Source: Pavona decussata
Lineage: Eukaryota
Reading direction: 5' to 3'
NCBI GenBank assembly: GCA_977016875.1
Contig: CDRNST010000118.1
Location: 2,356,001 to 2,420,000 of the forward strand
DNA: 64,000 bases
The notes beneath the pieces are model-generated. The model saw only the letters and a program-made list of their open reading frames with translations, was not told the origin of the DNA and made no database searches. Position numbers and translations under genes: made by a program. Every line of letters begins with the position of its first letter. Within the stretch, counting starts at the first letter, position 1. Positions 11,758-26,233 of this stretch are shown piece after piece.

Positions 11758-14700
11758 GTTACTGCAGTGTGAGCTAGTTTCTGAGCAATTCAGTGTTATT
11801 CGGCTCCTTTATATATTAAGCATTGACCACAAAATGTCTTCGCTATGCCAAACTCATTTCAAATTAACTTTGCAGGTTTATTAAAACACTCACGGCAAAA
11901 TGTCTTCGCTATACCAAACTCAATTCAAATTAACTCAGCACATTTATTATGCCTCGATCTTTGATTGTCAGATGACTACAATGCAGATGTTCACGTTAAG
12001 CAAGTCAAAATTAAAAATTTCCTACCACATTCTCCTTAATAACTTGAAGCTGCAATGCCGTAAAACTTTTAAATATGAGCCTTTAGCTTATAACTTTGTC
12101 CATTGATCTTTTTAGTGACTTATTTTCAGAGAGCGCTTCTTTTACGAGGCCGCTCATTGTTATTAGAGAGAATTATTCGTGAGCGGAAATCTATCAAAAT
12201 AAATGTAACCGAAACATGTTACAACGTTTCCGTTCAGGAAACATGACGGAAACGTGACACATACCGAATGAATGAGTTCTGAACGTTTCCGCAACACGGA
12301 AACGTGACGTAAATGAGCATTTTCACTGATGTTTCCGTCAGGTTTAAGAAATACGAAAACTTGGATTTTCCTCCTGTGTCAGGGTCTTATCTTTGTAATT
12401 TTATGGTAATACCAAGATATAAAGGGGAGGCAAAAGATTTGAATTCTAGGAAAACATTGACCTGTTTACAAGCAAATTAATCTGCAAAGATGGTTTGGTA
12501 GATCTTCATATATTTCTGTTGATATTGCCAGTCATAACTTGTCACAGCGACAAACGCTTTATTGGTCAACTTTAAATGCTAAAAAAAATTATTTCAAGCC
12601 AACAAAAAGTCTTTCCAAACAACAGTTTGTTCATCATGACCAAGTCTTCATAACTGAGAGGGGAGATCCAATTTCCAGTTTATCTAAAAGCCTTTCATTT
12701 TCAAGACTACAGAAACGTGTTAGTTGGAAGGAAACATAGAAAAATTGAACCTCTGTTGTTCGTTACTGGTTTGCGATATAACATAAAATTCAGAGTATAA
12801 CCACCCCACCCCTCCTTGCCAAAAAAATATCACACAGTAAAATTCTTCCGATAATAAACCAATGGACTGTCAAGGTTCTAGGTTTTAAGCTACCACGCAG
12901 CTGTTCAGTTTAAGGAAATCCATGTTAAAAATTTTCTGCCACGTTCTCATTAATAACTTTGAAGCTGGCATGCCGTAAACGTCTAAGTAGGAACCCTACG
13001 CTTAAATTCGTTCAATAGTCTTTTTTGCGGCTCATTTCCGAATAGGGTTTGTTTCAGGCAACGGATGTTGCAAGCAATTATGCGTGGGCTCGAGAATAAA
13101 CACAACTTAAACCGTTTAAAATAAAAATGATGTTCGCAGCTTAAAACAGCTTCCATCAGCAGTCTATAAGCTAATATCGACGAGGGACAATTATCGAAGA
13201 AATATATGGCCCAGAAATTTGAGGAGATTCTCTTCTGGTGGGCTTATTTTCTCAGAGACTTATGTTTGTAATTTTACGGTAACAGTACCAATATAGAAAT
13301 GTCGTATACGTATTGGGAGGGGAAGACGAAAGATTTAAATTCTTTGAAAACATCCTGTTTACAAGCAAATTAAACTTGGATAGACCTTCATATGTTTCTG
13401 TTTATATTGCTAGTCATAACTTGTCACAGCGACAAACGGTTTTATTGGTTAACTGACTTTAATGCTAAGACGTTGTTTTCAAGCTCAAAATCTAAAATCA
13501 TGAAGAGTCTTTCAAAACAACAGTTTGTTCATTATGATCAAGTCTTTATAACTGACGAGAAAGATGAATTTCCATGCAGTTGATCCAATAACCGTTTCAT
13601 TTTCAAGCCTGCAGAAACGTGGTCGTTGGAGGGAAACTTAGGAATTAAACCTTTGTTGTTCGCTTCCTGTCAGTTGCGATATGATATAAAATTCAGAATA
13701 TAACCACCCCCCTCCCTCCTTTGCCGCTGACAAAATACGAGACCCCAAAATCCTACCGATTATAACACCCATGGACTGTTAAGGTTGGCTATACTATTTA
13801 AATCTGTAAGCTTTTCGCTCAGAGTCTCAAGGTGATTTCGTTGTTAAACTAGGCCGATTGTGAAGCGCAAAATTGCTCCCACAGTATTAAAATTATAAAA
13901 GTGCTTTGAACGCTTACGGATAAAGTTCTCTTTAAATAGTTAGGATTGTTCATTTTGTGAATTATTTTTGAATTTTAAATGAACTCCGATCGATAGTGTT
14001 TAGTTAGAAGCAAGCAAAAGAAACTGCACATCTTTCAAGTGTGTTCATCAAAAGTTACGAGTACTTGCGAGTTTGTGGACTTATTTCTCCAACCAATAAA
14101 ACGGCAATTATTACAAAGAAACAAATCCTTTCGTGGCCTGTGGCTTAGCAGTTTTCGATCATTTTCAACTGACTTTCTTATGGTTTTAACTTTACGGTGA
14201 CTAGGTATGTAAACATGACTTCTCTTAAACAAACTTGGTAACTGTTTATAATTTAGGCTGGCACGTAGGTTTACAACACAGAGGATCTAAAGATAATGGA
14301 AGATCGCGGGTTCCATTTTATAGAAGAAGAAAAAAAGAATCTCTCTTTTATACTACGAAAACAACGGCAGGCTAAAATATATTTTTCAGAATGATAGTTT
14401 TATTACCACGCGGATAATGCTGTGAAAACAGGTCTTTGCCTGACGAACGGATCACGGACGAACGGGGAAAACTCTTCAAAAACCACTTTCAGAAGGCCTT
14501 TTCATGGGGAAGGACCGGAATCTCCTACGCAAGCGAATATCTCTGAGACAGTAAATCCGCAAAGAACTTGACTCCAACGTTGAGTTTAATACCAATACAT
14601 AACCAAAGAAAATCTTACAAAGCACTTGTATTTACAAGCTAAGCTAGCGCTGCCTAGGAAAGCGATATGAATGAGATCCGATAGCTTGAATACTTATTAT

Positions 14701-14960
14701 AGTTATGATCAGTTGTAGAAACAGTTTACGCCTACATGAATACAACAGGTTGTGCTTGCGGTTTATTGAACATGAAACTAAAGAACCTAATACTTCCTAC
14801 GTTGGCCTTTATTTTTTTTATCAGCGAAAGCAAAATAAACTAATGTCTATAAATCCTCTCCAAGTGTTAAAATTGGTATGAGCAATACATTTTCATCGAA
14901 GATACCGCTTTAAGCTGAGCTGAGCTACCGATTTTCAAGGTACAAAACACTTGCAAACTC

Positions 14961-15908
14961 TTAACTCGAAGAACAAAATAGTTTTCTGATTGTGTCCTTC
15001 ACTGCTTGTCTGACTTCTGTGATCTTCCAGCAGTAAAGAATTGGGTTTAATGACGAGTTGGAATAAACTAAAGTTAAAGTAAACTCAAATACAAGAAATA
15101 AAGCTGAAGACAGTTCACCTCGAAATCTTACCTGGATTAGCAACGGCGCGACTAAAATAATTGGTAAATAACAAAAAACTAATGTTAACTGCAACCACAG
15201 TGCAGTGGACACTGTCTTTCTGTATCGTGCAATGTTTTGTGGAATTGTTTGGTTTGGTTGTCCTTGAACATTGTCTTGAACTTGTGTTTGATGATGACGC
15301 AGCCTGAGGAAAATCCTTGTGTAACAGTAAATCGAGGTAACTAAACACAGAGGTACAGTTATGTAGCTATACCATGTTGATATTAATTCATTCCAAAGGT
15401 ACACTATGGAACCCACAAAGGAGAAAACCCAGAAAGTAATCACAGCTACATATGTTCGCTTTAAAGTTACAACTTGTCTGTATCTGAGCCCTAACAACAG
15501 AGCGAGAAGTCTGTCCACACTTATGGCAGACAATGTCAACAAAGACACTAAACAAAAATAATACCCCGATATAGTTACTACAGCAAACGTAAAGCGACAA
15601 ATATTCCATCGCTCGTTTACCATAGAGATCCAGAGGGTAACACGAATGGGTTCCACAATGATACCAACACAGAGATCCGTTATTGCCAGGCTGCGAAACA
15701 ACAGTTTGGAGGGCGGATGAAGCGACCTGTCCTTGTGAAGGGCGACGAGGATCAGAGTATTTCCCAGAAATGCAGTAATGGAAAGAAAAATGTTTAACAC
15801 TGAAACGATTATCAGCTGGTTGTGTACACCTCCAGATAATTCTGTCGAGCAGTACAGTTCTTCGTATAACTTATGGTTTCCGTCTCCAGTAAAGTTTTTC
15901 ATCGCCAT
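14961..15908 (-). CDS. Intronless class A 7TM GPCR, array member 3 (315 aa)
   Basis: Intact ORF with the same motifs. The 3' flank (~14220-14960) is shared with member 2 (~10130-10810). Confidence 0.93.
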   Translation of the reverse strand: MAMKNFTGDGNHKLYEELYCSTELSGGVHNQLIIVSVLNIFLSITAFLGNTLILVALHKDRSLHPPSKLLFRSLAITDLCVGIIVEPIRVTLWISMVNERWNICRFTFAVVTISGYYFCLVSLLTLSAISVDRLLALLLGLRYRQVVTLKRTYVAVITFWVFSFVGSIVYLWNELISTWYSYITVPLCLVTSIYCYTRIFLRLRHHQTQVQDNVQGQPNQTIPQNIARYRKTVSTALWLQLTLVFCYLPIILVAPLLIQVRFRGELSSALFLVFEFTLTLVYSNSSLNPILYCWKITEVRQAVKDTIRKLFCSSS

Positions 15909-17144
15909 GTTACTGCAGTGTGAGCTTGATTCTAAGCAATTCAGTCTTATTGCTCCTTTATATATTACGTATTGACGGTAAAATGTCTTTGCTAAACCAA
16001 ACTCATTTCAGATTAAGTCAGCGCGTTAATCAAAACATTGACGGCAAAATGTCTTCGCTATACCAAACTCATTTCAAATTAACTCGGCACATTTACTATG
16101 CCTCTTTGATTGTCAGATCACTACCATGCAGCTGTTCACTTTAAGTAAGTCGAAATTAAAAATTTCTACCATTTTCTCCTTAATAACTTGGAAGCTAAAA
16201 TGCCGTAAAATTTTAAATGTGAGCTCTTGACTTATGTTTTTTCATGTCTTTTTAGTGAGTTATCTTCAGAGAGCGCTTGGTTTAGGAGGCCGCTCATTGT
16301 TATTAGAGAGAATTATGCGTGAGCTTGAGAACAACCACAACTTAAAACCCCTTGAAATAATCACGATATTTACCACTTAAAACAGCTAACATTAAAAGTC
16401 TATAAGCTAATATTCACGACGGATAATTATCGCAGGAATATATTCCTGACACATTTTAAGAGATTCTCTTTTGGTGGGCTTATTTTTTCAGGGACTTATG
16501 TTTGGAATTTTATGGTGATACCAAACTCATTTCAAATTAACTCAGCACAATTACTCTGCCTGTTTGATTGTCACATCACTACCATGCAGATGTTCACTTT
16601 AAGTAAGTCGAAATTAAAAATTTCCTACCACATGCTCCTTAATAACTTGGAAGCTAAAACGCCGTAAAATTTTAAATGTGAGCTCTTGACTTATGTTTTT
16701 TCATGTCTTTTTAGTGAGTTATTTTCGGAGATCACTTGTTTTAGAAGGCTCCTCATTGTTATCAGAGAGAATTATGCGGGCGTTTGAGAACAACACAACT
16801 TAAAACCCTTTGAAATAATCATGAAATTTACCGCTTAAAAAAGCTGACATTAAAAGTCTATAAGCTAATATTCATAAGGGATAATTATCAGAGGAATATA
16901 TTCCTGAGAAAGTTTAGGAGATTCTCTTTTGGTGGGCATATTTTCTCAGGGACTTATGTTTGTATTTTAAGGTAATACCAAGATATAAATGTTGTATACT
17001 TATTGGGAGGCGGAGGCAAAAGATTTGGATTCTAGGAAAACATTGACCTCTTTACAAGCAAATTAATGATCAAAGATGGTTTTGGTAGATCTTCATATAT
17101 TTCTGTTTATATTGGTAGCCATAACTTGTCACCGCGAATAAAAA

Positions 17145-17368
17145 GCCAGGCTGCGAGACAACAGTTTGGAGGGCGGATGAAGCGACCTGTCCTTGTGAAG
17201 GGCGACGAGGATCAGAGTATTTCCCAGAAATGCAGTAATGGAAAGAAAAATGTTTAACACTGAAAAGATTATCAGCTGGTTGTGTATACCTCCAGTTAAT
17301 TCTGCCGTGCAGTACAGTTCCTCGTATGATTTATGGATTCTGTTTCTGGTAAAGTTTTTCCTCGCCAT
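17145..17368 (-). pseudogene. 5' fragment of a GPCR (N-terminus, TM1, start of TM2)
   Basis: MARKNFT...[12 protein letters not shown], then homology stops abruptly at 17145 against an intergenic repeat module. Confidence 0.88.
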
Positions 17369-18558
17369 TTTACTGCACTGTTAGCTAGTCTCTGGGCCAT
17401 TCAGTTTTATTCGGCTCCTTTATGTATTAAACATTGATGACAAAATGTCATCGCTATGCCAAACTCATTTCAAATTAAGTCTGCACGTTTATTAGAACAT
17501 TGGCGACAAAATGTCTTCGCTATGCCAAACGCGCGCATATCAAATTATCTCAGTACGTTTACTATGCCTCTTTAAATTTCATATCACTATCACGTAGCTG
17601 TTCTGTTTAAGTAAGTCGAAATTAAAAATTTCCTACCACATTCTCCTTAATAACTTGGAGGCTCAAATGTTGTAAAAATGTTGTTATGAGCCCTTAGCTT
17701 AAATTCCTTCATTGGTCTTTTTTGTCACTTAAGCAGTTGCGTACTAACTGTGAGGATCTTTTCTTCTATTCAATCTTTCACCCGCAGTTCAAATACATGT
17801 TTCATAAATTCATATTTAGGTATTAAAACGTATTTAGTTTCTATAACGTAAACGTTCCGTGTATCCATCCATTAGTGAGGACACGAAAGATCAAAAGAAC
17901 AGCTTTTTAATTACAAGTAGTTCTTGTAATTCGTGTTAATTTAAAGGTGGTTTACGGCGCTCACCCGTAACAATTTTGAATCGCTTTACCTTTTGGAAAT
18001 TAACAATTAAGAACGGTTTAACGCTTGTTTCTGCACGTGAATACCTTCTATTTTCTGTTTCCTAATTTTTGCGATCGTTTACTAGACAATGAAGTAGTTA
18101 ATCTTACTTTGCGTGACTTGTTAACTTAATTGTTTTTGGTTGAGACATTTTGGCTCCGTTTTTTATGTATTTTTCAAACACCTTAATGAGACAATGAATT
18201 AGCTTTAAGGGAAAATGACCTCGTGGAATGGCTTGTCGCGTGACGTTCGGAATGGCATAATGATGCGAGATGTGGAATGATTTATACAAATAAATTAACC
18301 GAAGTGCGCATCCTGTTTTTCCGCCAATTTTATAAGAGCAGCATCTTTTTTGATGTTGCGGACTGTATATGATGTTATATTATAATTTCAATATGCAGGC
18401 TGTTTTTGTCAGGTAGCAGGAAAAATCTTTGTTGTGCATGTACAATTGCAAAAGACGTATATTCACCTAAGGAGAAAATGCAACCCGCTTGGATTTTCTA
18501 TGACTTTAGGAGAACCTAGCGGTTTATTTCGATAGATATCTGTTGAGAAGGCGCTCAG

Positions 18559-18729
18559 GGGCCGGTTCCTGGAAGGAGGAATAAACTATACCAGGTATAA
18601 CAGTTATTCCAGAGATAAATCTGCTATTCTAGGAATACAGAATTTATTCCGGGGATAAAGGTATTCCTGGAATAAGGCACATTTATCCCTGGAATAGAGT
18701 TAATTATTACACCTTTCAGGAACCGGCCC
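18559..18729. mobile_element. PIF/Harbinger-type MITE, 171 bp, 3-bp TSD CAG
   Basis: CAG-GGGCCGGTTCCTGGAAGG ... CCTTTCAGGAACCGGCCC-CAG. The empty paralogous site at ~38495 reads cgttCAGttcaataag with a single CAG. Confidence 0.9.
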
Positions 18730-18904
18730 CAGTTCAATAAGAAATTCGGCTCAAGTTGTTAAGGAAATCTACTTCGGCAAAATATCAGCTCAGAATTTCT
18801 AAATACTACTTCTAATTTCTTTCATTCTTTGAGAGGCAAATAGTACTGAATGCTGATAAGTTGTAACAGAAGGCATTTTTTCTTAATTTTCACTGAGCGC
18901 AGAA

Positions 18905-19830
18905 TTACTTACTCCTGATTAGTAGAGCGGCGAAAATACTCGCTCTTGATTGGCTAAGTGCATGCGCCATTTCTGCATTTACTTGGTTTCTTCATTTTGT
19001 GTCTGATCAACAACGAATTCTGGAAATCAAGTGCTGCAGCTGTAAAAGAAATTCCTTAAGGTGAATGTTCGTGTCTTACAAGAAACAGCAAAACAGTATT
19101 TTATTTTGTGTCAAAAGCTCAAAACTTGGAGCGGATTTGTTTAGATGAACAACTGAAATCAGTCATGGCGACCAAGTGCTTTCACTTCGCTACTTCAGTC
19201 TTCTTCCAACGAACGATAACCGAGCGTAACAGTGTCTTTCGATGGGAGGAAGCAGCAGGTCAAATCAAAGTTGGTACAACAACTATGATCGAATTCGGTG
19301 GAAGAAATTACCCTGGAAGTTTTTTCTTTGGATCCACCGTTTGCTATTTTTATCGATCTGTGTTCGTGTTATTTTCAAGCGGCAAAAAGCTTCACAGCGC
19401 AGGTGAATCAATTAATTGATGACTAATATTTGGTTTAATCGCTGTTAGTTTGCTCCTGAATTAAACTTGTATTTTCTGTCGATTACGTGTGTATTAGAAT
19501 CAACATTCTTGTCAGTTTTTTTCTGTTTTGTACGCTACGAAAGAATTAAACAATGTGTTTGTTTGCTTTGCGTACGGATTAGAGTGTTCTTACTCCGGGC
19601 CTGACTATTTTATGACTCGAAAGGTTTAAGAAAATTTTGCCCTCTGCGGTATAAACTGTAATTCCAATGACAACTCGTAGAATTATAATTAAGGATTAAC
19701 TTTCACTTGTATTTTCAAAGTTTTCGCAAATTTGGGAAAACTGTGAAAATGCCGTGAAAATTTAACTTAATTCTACCCGGCCTCTACTTGAAAAAGTGTT
19801 TATGATGCGCCATTTACTGATGAGTAATCT
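18905..19830. repeat. Interspersed repeat with a long subterminal palindrome (host of the RTE insertion in the other copy)
   Basis: Imperfect ~85-bp inverted repeat at 19688-19772 (aattaaggattaactttcac...gcaaa|tttgg...gtgaaaatttaacttaatt). Split copy at ~38670-39180 and 42675-43090. Boundaries approximate. Confidence 0.45.
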
Positions 19831-20079
19831 GTTTGCAGGCAAAGTTCATGAACTTGTGTTATTTTTAGCATGCGCCGGCGAGAATGAATTTTTGGCGTCA
19901 CACCAAATACAAAAAAAAGTATTATCTCCGCTTTCACAAGGTGCACCTAGACGATTAATACGGAAAAATACTGTCTTAACGGCTGGTATTCGCTTTAGTA
20001 ATTTTCTCGTGCTCTGTCCTTTTGTTTCTCCCGCTGCTGTGCCATTCAAATCGGTTGTCCGATCCTGTGGTGCTGCATA

Positions 20080-20205
20080 TGGACGGACGGACGGACGGAC
20101 ACTGACGTCATAGCCAAAACAAAATTTCTTGCATCGATAGGTTACCATATTTTCTTACCTATGGTGCTACGCGTGCGCGTCATCGGCGCGCGGAGCTCCG
20201 CTACT
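20080..20205 (+). repeat. (GGAC)n microsatellite plus GC-rich terminal hairpin; possible Helitron/Helentron-derived (DINE/HINE-like) end
   Basis: ggacggacggacggacggac ... gcgcgtcatcggcgcgc ggagctccgcta. Second copy at ~43332-43447. The family assignment is inference. Confidence 0.35.
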
Positions 20206-21584
20206 CAGGGGTTCTTATATGCAGATTTTTACTTTTCTACTCTCTTTGAAATCAGAACGTTGTTTCGAATTTTGGTCAAAGATCGTACAGTGAAGTGTTT
20301 TCTGTTAGAATATTATCGCAACACCCCTGTAAACGCCTCAAAAATCCGTATTCAACGTGTGTGTTGAAACATTTACCGGCGTAGCCTAAGAATTCAAGGA
20401 CTTTGAATCCAGACTGCGAAAATCTTGCTCCATTCGTTTTCCTTCGACAAATTCAAAATTGTTCTCCTTCACAAACCAAAAATATCGTATTAAAATTTTG
20501 AAGATTAGCCACGGGCTTATATGCCAAAGGGGTGTCTTGGTGAGAGATTTGGAGAGCTTATAACTGGGAAGACGAGAGAGCTTTATTTGCGCAATTTTAC
20601 GGTAGTGGATTTAACGATGGTTTACAAACAGTTTTAACGCGTATAAAAACATGCCCATGAGAGCACTGCAAGTTTACATCGGTGTCTGCCGTTCCAGGTT
20701 TTATTGATTTCTATAAGTTTTAAAAAAGTTGTATCATTGTTTTACAATAAATTACCGTAAGCTTGTGAGGGAGATCTGGTAAACTAATGCGAATGCTTAT
20801 AGCTTCGCGCTACAAAGAAATGCGAATTCATCTCAAAACTGTTACTTGTATGCAGTTAGAAACTACTTGACTAAAATATAGATACAAAAGTTATTTAGCT
20901 CTGATATATTATATGTTTTTACTTTTTTGTTGACCTTTACGTTATTATTATTAGTAGTCACAACTTTAATTAGTTTTTGTTCTCCCGTGAAGATTTCAAT
21001 AGCCATCTTCCAGTGAGCCGTTTTCAAACGTATCAGTTGTCACTTTGCCAAAAACGTAACAAAATATTTTCGTCCACACAAGCATTGACGTGTCTTTTTC
21101 ACCAGTTCACACAAAGCGTTTTTGTTTGAAAAAAAAAAAGAAAAAAACGAAGTAAAAGTTCTTTACTACCGTGAAGTGATCTTAATTATCATAAAATTTG
21201 GCGGACCTTTGCTTTGAATTTCTCGAAGAATTAGAAGTGGTTTGAAAAGCTATATATCAAACACTGAAAAAACGTTTCATCCGACTTCCAAACATCTCTA
21301 AGTTGGTTTAAAAACCTCGACTGCACCTCGTTCATTCAAACCACTCCTCGGTGTTTGAGAATCGGATGAAACACTCTTCCTCGTGTTGTTATTGTTGTTG
21401 TTGTTTTCTTTTCTTTTTTCTTTTCTTTTTTTTTTTTTTGCGTGTTATTGAATTCTTACATTGTTTTAAAATATTAGGGAATTGACATACATCTTACATA
21501 AAACAACACATTCACTGGCAAACAAACACACTACACTGCATACGCGCTTGGTAAATAAAAACATAATGATTGTTAAAAATAAAA

Positions 21585-21875
21585 GCCGCCGTTACACGTT
21601 AAAACTTTAAGCTGAAACTTGTGTGCAACGGCGCTGCGAAACAAGTTTCAGCAGGCGTTGCACCGTGTAACATGGTCGGTTTTGTGAAACTCTTTTCGAA
21701 CTTCCGTTGCGAGACAAGTTTCACGAAAAGTAGAACCGCTTTCTACTTCTGGAACGGCTTGCAACGGTTGCAGTGGTGAAAAAAGAAAAGTTTCACCGTG
21801 TAACACCACTTCGTGAAACTGGTCTCGTTCGCCGTTGCACACAAGTTTCAGCTAAAATTTTCAACGTGTAACTGC
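21585..21875. mobile_element. MITE, duplicate of 1105-1391
   Basis: Same TIRs and the same insertion site within the duplicated segment. Confidence 0.85.
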
Positions 21876-23003
21876 CCTACTTCATTTAATGGACACTGAA
21901 TTTATGAATTGTGCGATTTAGCAATTCTACTTTCGCGTTGATAGATTGGAGCGATCTTTGACAAGAGGACCTGAAAAGACGGTTTTTAAAAAGTGTTATT
22001 TCTACAACAGTAGACAATATTATATTGTTTTAAAATAATTATTAAATGATTCATCAATAGAAAATCCTCATTCCTTGTCCATAAACCAAACATTTTATCA
22101 ACATCAGAAAGTGATTGTATCCTAAAATTGTTGCTGTTGCACCAAATAATCAAGTCTGTCCAAAGTAGTTTAATAATAGGGCATGAAATGAGTAAACGTT
22201 CGAGGGATTTGTCCTTAAGTGCTAATAAAGGAGAAACTTGACGAGCTGATTTTACCCATTTTCTTGAGGAGGCTGTTCGTTACTAGGTACCTATTTAATA
22301 TTTTATATTAAAACTCTCTTGATCTTGTGTCTAAAACTACTTTAAGTGGCAACTTGTAAATTTCATTCCACTCCAGGTGATCATCTTTAAAGATCTCTGT
22401 ATACAGGTATTTCAATGGTTGCGATTTTTGAAGTAAATTCCTGACAGATCCTTCAAGAGGAAGCTTTGCTTGACCCATGAGATTCACTAGAATTTGCTTT
22501 TTGAGACCAAAATCTTCTTTTCTGATAAAGTTTACTTTTCTTCCGAATATGTTTATGTCATTGCAGTCGGTGGAATAGCATCCACTACTGCCATAAGCTC
22601 AAAAACGTCAACCGGAGAAAACTTAGACCCAATCAAACTACCCGTTGTAATAAATCGATTTTGTCTCAGTCACTAAATCCCCTCTTTAGGCTAATAATGT
22701 GTTAAAGAGGGACTCACCACTAACACAAATAGGCTTATTGTTCCATATGACTGTTTCTGCTATCTGATGATAAATCATTTTTACACTTTGTAAGTTTTGT
22801 TCCTTAATATATTATTAAAAGAGTATTATATTAATAATATTTTTAACCTTAGGCCGCTATCTTGATCACAATCATCTTATGTTAAATGAGACTGACAAGT
22901 TTCAATTCATCATAAACTGTGAATTCCTGGACGAAAAAAAAATCGTTTTCTGTGAAATATGATCTGCGCTCTTCACCCTCTCCACTTCACCGTCTTTAAC
23001 ATG

Positions 23004-23351
23004 TTATTGAATCATTTGGTTTTCACGAAAAAAACATCTCAGTAAAATAGCAAATACCACAACTAACAAAACTAGAACCTTCCAGTACATAGCACTGGTT
23101 TCACTACCCCTGCCCTCTTTCTGAGGCAAGCTACGGGTCTTGGTCCCGTAAATCACATTGCCAGGGGCATCTTCAATGGCTTTCTTGGCTCCTGCCCAAG
23201 TACCAGGTCCCATGAGGCGATATTGTACCGGTGTACAAAGACCAAAACAGCACCTTAAGGCCAAAGCAGGATCTCTAAATAAGAGCCACCACAAGTCTGG
23301 CTTGCAACCAACCTCATCGGCTATTTCATCACAGTAGGGAACGTAGTCAAC
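23004..23351 (-). pseudogene. Second orphan duplicate of the FMO terminal exon
   Basis: Intact acceptor and open frame VDYVPYCDEIAD...AILLRCFFRENQMIQ. Exon 2 is absent (breakpoint ~24075). Confidence 0.85.
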
Positions 23352-26233
23352 CTGTGATAAAAACGAGAAAAAAAGGGAATACAGTGTATCCCCAAATACT
23401 GCCTGCAAGCAAGCTTGCTAGGGTGTGGGGTCAGGGAGTGGGGGATATAAAGAGAGCTTATAAGGAAGTCTCAAAGTTTAGAACATTTGAGCTCAAAAAG
23501 TTTACCCAAAAAATGTAAGTTGGTGGAGATTAATTCATTGATGGCATCCTAATGTTTTGCATTGGCTGGAAGTGACGAAAAACAAAATGGTGGAAGGGTT
23601 CTCTCCCTCCTTCCCTCCCTCCCTCCCTCCCTCCCCTCCTCCCACCCTAAGAGAGCTTGCAGGCTAATTCCCATAAGGGAGGCAGTTCTGCATGCCATTC
23701 TTGTGACAAGGTTGATGCAACATCTTTCTTATGACATGATCAAGCTAAAACTTTTAGCTCCTTTCTATCTTTATCACAACACAGTATGCTGTAGACAATA
23801 CTGGACATTGCTGATCCTTCATATAGCAGCTAAGAAGGTTGTGTTTCTCGTATGGATATCCCAGTAGCTGAGAGGTTAGAGCATCAAAACAGTGCTCATA
23901 AGGTCTTGGACTTGTCACACTCAGGCACTAAGATGCTTCCTTGTCCCAATCCAGTCGTGTGAAAAGGTTGTAATAACCGGACCAACCATTGTTTTAAAAA
24001 TTCATTTGACCATATAACTGCAGAGGTTTAAAGGGCTTGCCTCAAAAAAGTTAGGTCTAGAAAGAGGACACAACTTCCTTTTAAAAAGGTCACAGATCTA
24101 ACTAAGTTCTTTTAAGCCCCCCCCCCCCCCCACCCGGGGGGCTTATTTGTTTTTTGGCCTATTTTTTTTTTTTTTAGAGGTGGGGTGGTGAGGTTTGTGG
24201 CATTCTATCCAGCCAATTGTAATTTTTACTTAGTCCCCATTTGGAATGAAAAAAAAAAAAAAACGGAAGGAGACGAAAAGAAAAGTAAGCTCACACCAAA
24301 TAAATGGAGTTTCTATTTTCACCACTGCAAATCATTTCAGTGAACATCAGACTACTAGCATCTGACTCCTTCATTAAATAGGTGTCTCCCCTTTTGAAGC
24401 CATTTTCTTTTTTGGATGCCTTCTCCCTAGAAATTCAGCTTAATCACCCCACTCACTGGTGTCTGCCACGGCATGGTAAATTGAAACTTCTGGAGGACTG
24501 AGCTTTTGGAGTATACTTGAAACACCTTAAGATCTTCCTTATTACAACAAAAGTTTGAGTTTAGAACCAGTTGCCCAGTGTCAACATTTTGCTAGGCATA
24601 AAACTGGCCTGGGGCATAAAAATAAGGCCATTAGATAGCTGCTACAACAGGGTCTGATTAGGAATTTATTGAAAATCACTGCCGGGTTCGGCATCATATG
24701 CCGGTTGAGTTTTTTGTTGGATCGTGTCCTTGCTGCGAGGTACTCCTACCCATCAAGATGGCATCAAAAACCGTGATAAGGTCTATTTGTAATCGTTTGA
24801 CCGAGAGTGGAGTTTGCACGCTTAACGAATTTCAATCTTACTCAGCATTTAGGCTTCTTTAAGTTTTATATGACAAGGTTGTTGCAGTTTGCTCTAAGTG
24901 CTAACATTTGCTGATCAAGACAAAGCTTCTTATCCTATTAAATTTATTAAACATACACAAGACGGGAGATGATTACTCGCATCTCAGACATTTTAATTAT
25001 TAATTTAAAACTAAAAAAAAGAAATATGTTCCAGTTGCTTCTCCTTTGGCTTGTTCAGCCCGTCCTAATTTATTTGAAAACACACGATAACAGAGAAAAG
25101 TTTAATAGTGTTTTTGACGGTTTTGTCGAATTTAGTTAACAAAACGCTTTCTTATCTAGACAACATGACAAGGCAGCAGATGATAAATATTATTCAAAGA
25201 TCTGAGAAGACAACAGCAAATCTTCATAACTGAAGGAAAAGATACAATTTCGAGTTAACCCAATAACATTTCATTTTTTCAAGCCTAACAAATGTGATCG
25301 TTGGAGGGGTCGAAGTTGGAAAAAATGAACTTTTCCTGTTCGCTTTCTTTTGTGCATCCGGTTTGCGATATAACACAAGATTCTCTAAATTAATCCATTG
25401 GGGGGGAGGAGTTGACTGTTTTAAACCGTCAACTTACTGTTTCAAGATGTTTTTATTGTTAAACTAGATCAAAAAATCTTCCAATATAAATAGTTTTTTG
25501 AACGCTTCCAAGCTCAGGGTTTATATTCCAAATCTTGCGGTAAATCGATGAAAAGAACTTTCCTTTCCGTCTCTCTTAACTCATTAGTTACCTAAATTAT
25601 AGATGGCGTTCTCTTTTAACAATTACTTTCATTTGCAAATTGTTTGTGAATTTTAAATGAACTCAACTCAAAAGGGTTTAGTTAGAACCAAACTAAAGGA
25701 AACCCCACATCTTTCAAGTGTGTTTATTGTGTTTATCAAAAGTTATTTCAATCTTTTGTCACCCGAATATGGACTTTAAGAATAAAACCTTTCCCGTATT
25801 TGAGAGTTGTGAGCTTATTTTTCCAAGCGATAAAACGGCGATTACTGGCGAAGAAACAAATGTTTTCGCTTCTCGTGTGGCTAAGGATTTTTCGATCATC
25901 CTTGTCTCTGAACTGACTTACTTACCGCCGGTAAGATGACTGTTTACAATTTAGGCCGGCACTTAGGCTAACAGCACTTCAGCATTTGAATAAAACTATG
26001 GCCGATCAGAAAAAAAAATGGGAGATATAGAAGCGGTTTGCATTCCTTAGACTAATCAACTTCTTTTGCACTCGTATATGCACTACAAGGATTTATACTA
26101 CAAAGACAACTGTATAATAAAATATGTTTTACGAAATAACTTTTTATTGTCAATGATAATGTACAACTGTTAACCTGGGAATGAAACAGCCGCCTAGATA
26201 CCGCTTTAAACTGAACAAAACATTTAGTAACTC

